DNA of 29,154 nt from a virus. Lineage: Duplodnaviria; Caudoviricetes. Position numbers and translations under genes: made by a program. Positions 27,234 to 29,154 of the stretch are shown here, one piece after another. Below the pieces are notes generated by a model. That model was not told the DNA's origin. It was given only the letters and a program-made list of their open reading frames with translations, and made no database searches. The stretch lies in the IMG/VR virus record IMGVR_UViG_3300009026_000048, positions 1 to 29,154 of that record. One strand, given 5' to 3'. How positions within the stretch are numbered: position 1 is the first letter of the stretch; each line of letters opens with the position of its first letter.

Positions 27234-27257
27234 CTTAATATCATATTAATGTAAGAT
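27230..27257 (+). promoter_or_regulatory. Sigma70-like promoter
   Basis: TTGACT (27230-27235), 16 nt, TAAGAT (27252-27257); ATG at 27269. Confidence 0.55.
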
Positions 27258-27268
27258 ACTTGTTCAAT

Positions 27269-27469
27269 ATGGAAGACAACACAACTAAAAATACAGAAAA
27301 CGAAAATCTAGCCAAAGCTAAGAGTGAAATTGAGGAAATTGTTAAGAAATATAATATTTCTTTAATTCCTGTGGTTATGCATCATGGTGATAAGACATTC
27401 AGTAGAATTGATATCGCCCCAGCTTCTGAAAATATCTCAGAAGGCGCATCGGAAACGACTATTTCTTAA
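27269..27469 (+). CDS. Small hypothetical protein
   Basis: 66 aa from ATG 27269; AKSEIEEIVKKYNISLIP. Confidence 0.6.
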   Translation: MEDNTTKNTENENLAKAKSEIEEIVKKYNISLIPVVMHHGDKTFSRIDIAPASENISEGASETTIS

Positions 27470-27479
27470 GGCTAAATTG

Positions 27480-28205
27480 ATGTGGACTAAAGAATTTCCA
27501 TTGGAAATGGTAAAAATACCTTTTCTGGAAAAGGAGAAACATCAATATTTTTGTGGAGACGGACATGAGTACATGTCCGTCTCTTCTATTTTATCTAGAG
27601 TTAAACCCAAATTTGACTTGGAGGGAAAGGCTCTGGAATGTGCCTTGAGAAAAAAAGTAAGTGTTGATGAAATTTTAAAAAGTTGGGACGATAAGAAAAA
27701 AACTGGATTAGACTATGGCACTGATATTCACGAGAATGTCGAGAAGTATTTTTTAAACGGGGAAATATCGAATGAGAAATATTCTCAAGTGGTGAAAGAT
27801 ATCCGTGACATGGTTTATAGTGAAAATGGATACAATGAGTTAATTTGTTTCGATAAAAACAAAAAAATTTGTGGAACATCTGATTACGTTGAATTTACTG
27901 AGGAATTTTTTAATATATCCGATTTTAAAACAAATATTAAATTTAATTTTGAAAATCAATATAATGATAAATTTTTATTAGAACCAGTTTCGCATTTACC
28001 TAATTCTGAATATTTTATATATGCTTTACAGTTATCCTTTTATGCTTACATGATAGAGAAACTCACTAATTTGAAATGTGGTTTTTTGAATATATACTGG
28101 TTGAAAAGGCAGATAGATACTAAACATATTTTTAAAGCTAAGTGGATGAAATATACTGTTCCGTTCTTAAAAAAAGAAGTTGAAGATATACTATGCATCG
28201 TATAA
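27480..28205 (+). CDS. PD-(D/E)XK-superfamily exonuclease
   Basis: HQY, SVSSIL, GTDIHE, ICGTSDY, SDFKTN, YALQLSFYAYM. Start probably ATG 27480 (or 27507) rather than 27384. Confidence 0.85.
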   Translation: MWTKEFPLEMVKIPFLEKEKHQYFCGDGHEYMSVSSILSRVKPKFDLEGKALECALRKKVSVDEILKSWDDKKKTGLDYGTDIHENVEKYFLNGEISNEKYSQVVKDIRDMVYSENGYNELICFDKNKKICGTSDYVEFTEEFFNISDFKTNIKFNFENQYNDKFLLEPVSHLPNSEYFIYALQLSFYAYMIEKLTNLKCGFLNIYWLKRQIDTKHIFKAKWMKYTVPFLKKEVEDILCIV

Positions 28206-28621
28206 ATTGGGAGCAATATGCCCTAGAGTTAGCAAAAACAGCATCTCTTAGATCTGAGGATGTGTATCAAAAAGTTGGAGCTTGTGCTCTTTCGCACGAT
28301 AATCGCGTTTTGGGTGTGGCTTATAATGGTTTAAAAAGTGGTAAGGATGTAGATTCTGTATTTTGGGATGATAGAGATAAGAGAAGGCCCTTCATGATAC
28401 ATGCTGAATCTAATCTCTTATCATTATTCTCCAGAAACGAAGCGAAGATTATAGCAATAACTCTTTTACCTTGTTGCAGTTGTGCTAAATTAATATGTGC
28501 ATGGAACATAGAAAAGGTCATATATAATAAAGAATATGATAATGTCGATGCTGTTAATACTAAAGAGATTTTTGATTTTTATGGTATAGAGTTGAAAAAA
28601 ATAGATTATTTGGATAAATAA
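28193..28621 (+). CDS. dCMP deaminase
   Basis: RSED..KVGAC, AYNG, zinc-binding HAESN and PCCSC motifs. Confidence 0.92.
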   Translation: MHRINWEQYALELAKTASLRSEDVYQKVGACALSHDNRVLGVAYNGLKSGKDVDSVFWDDRDKRRPFMIHAESNLLSLFSRNEAKIIAITLLPCCSCAKLICAWNIEKVIYNKEYDNVDAVNTKEIFDFYGIELKKIDYLDK

Positions 28622-28629
28622 TTCTAAAT

Positions 28630-29154
28630 ATGGCTACAGTCGCAACTATTTCCGTCAATTTCGCTCAATATAATGCTACATCATTCAATGCACCAGGTGT
28701 TATTGATAGATCTATAAATCCTAGCACATTGTCTCAATATTGTTTGGGTTCATCCACACCTGATTTTAATTATTTGGGTGGATTTGTTAAGAAAACAGCC
28801 GATACCATGAGTGGATATTTGACATTAACATCCACAGATCCAACCCAGGACGATCATGCAACTAGGAAAGGTTATGTTGACTCAAGAATAAATTCATTAT
28901 CCTCGACTGTGGGTGATTCGAGTGGTGGATTTGTTAAAGTGCAGGGGTCAACGATGACTGGCCCATTGATTTTAAACACACTAATCCAAACGCTACCATT
29001 ACATGCTACTAGCAAGGGTTATGTCGATACAAAGGTAAGTGATCTAGACACCGCAATCGGAACTAATTTAAGTAATAATTTTTTAGCAAAAGCTGGAGGC
29101 ACGATGTCTGGTGCCATAAACATGGGCAGCAATAAAATAACATCATTAGGTGCC
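28630..29154 (+). CDS. Tail fibre-like structural protein (5' part; runs off the window and is absent from the ORF track)
   Basis: Open frame from ATG 28630 to the end: MATVATISVNFAQYNATSF...GGFVKKTADTMSGYLTL..HATRKGYVD..GGFVKVQGSTMTGPLIL..HATSKGYVD..FLAKAGGTMSGAINM. TAAATA at 28615-28620. Confidence 0.8.
   Translation, partial: MATVATISVNFAQYNATSFNAPGVIDRSINPSTLSQYCLGSSTPDFNYLGGFVKKTADTMSGYLTLTSTDPTQDDHATRKGYVDSRINSLSSTVGDSSGGFVKVQGSTMTGPLILNTLIQTLPLHATSKGYVDTKVSDLDTAIGTNLSNNFLAKAGGTMSGAINMGSNKITSLGA
28777..29130 (+). repeat. About 49-aa tail-fibre repeat units (G.TM.G.L ... AT.KGYVD)
   Basis: GGTGGATTTGTTAA recurs at 28777 and 28924 (147-nt period); a third partial unit begins near 29080. 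Confidence 0.75.

Noticed and set aside
24804-28205. Type IV CRISPR-like system (DinG plus Cas4-like nuclease)
   Set aside because: No repeat-spacer array and no Cas5/6/7-like genes are visible, and the nuclease lacks the Cas4 C-terminal Cys cluster.
28777-29130. Direct repeats at the window end as a CRISPR array or DGR template/variable repeat
   Set aside because: They are in-frame protein repeats of a tail fibre, with only short nucleotide identity, no adenine-specific mismatch pattern and no reverse transcriptase in the window.
1-29154. Stop-codon reassignment (alternative genetic code)
   Set aside because: Core genes are full length in the standard code, coding density is near complete, and TAA, TAG and TGA all end genes at sensible positions.

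Overview
This window is an AT-rich, densely coding 29 kb segment of a large T4-like tailed phage genome (uncultured-type myovirus, divergent from T4). The + strand carries a replication/recombination cluster: gp47/gp46 nuclease, family B polymerase gp43, UvsX recombinase, gp41 helicase, gp32 SSB, gp45 clamp, gp61 primase, a probable gp62, a DinG/XPD helicase, a PD-(D/E)XK nuclease and dCMP deaminase. Interleaved with these are two glycosyltransferases, a DHH phosphoesterase, a degenerate glutamine amidotransferase and a GroES-like protein. Virion genes (portal gp20, neck gp14, gp15-like tail terminator, start of a tail fibre) are scattered through the cluster, partly on the - strand. I saw no tRNA, rRNA, CRISPR array, intein or mobile element. 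Four signals stand out. (1) There are two recurring promoter classes, sigma70-like TTGAnn-N16-TAnnnT and late-type TAAATA, placed only 5-12 nt before start codons with no Shine-Dalgarno, which implies largely leaderless mRNAs. (2) Four unrelated TAAATA-driven orphan genes share an N-terminal aromatic...(L/I)xE motif resembling the T4 capsid-targeting/prohead-protease signal, so they may be packaged internal proteins. (3) The glycosyltransferases embedded among replisome genes could form a DNA-modification system. (4) A 17-bp hairpin overlaps the -35 element of the uvsX promoter. All product calls come from motif recognition by eye, not from database searches.
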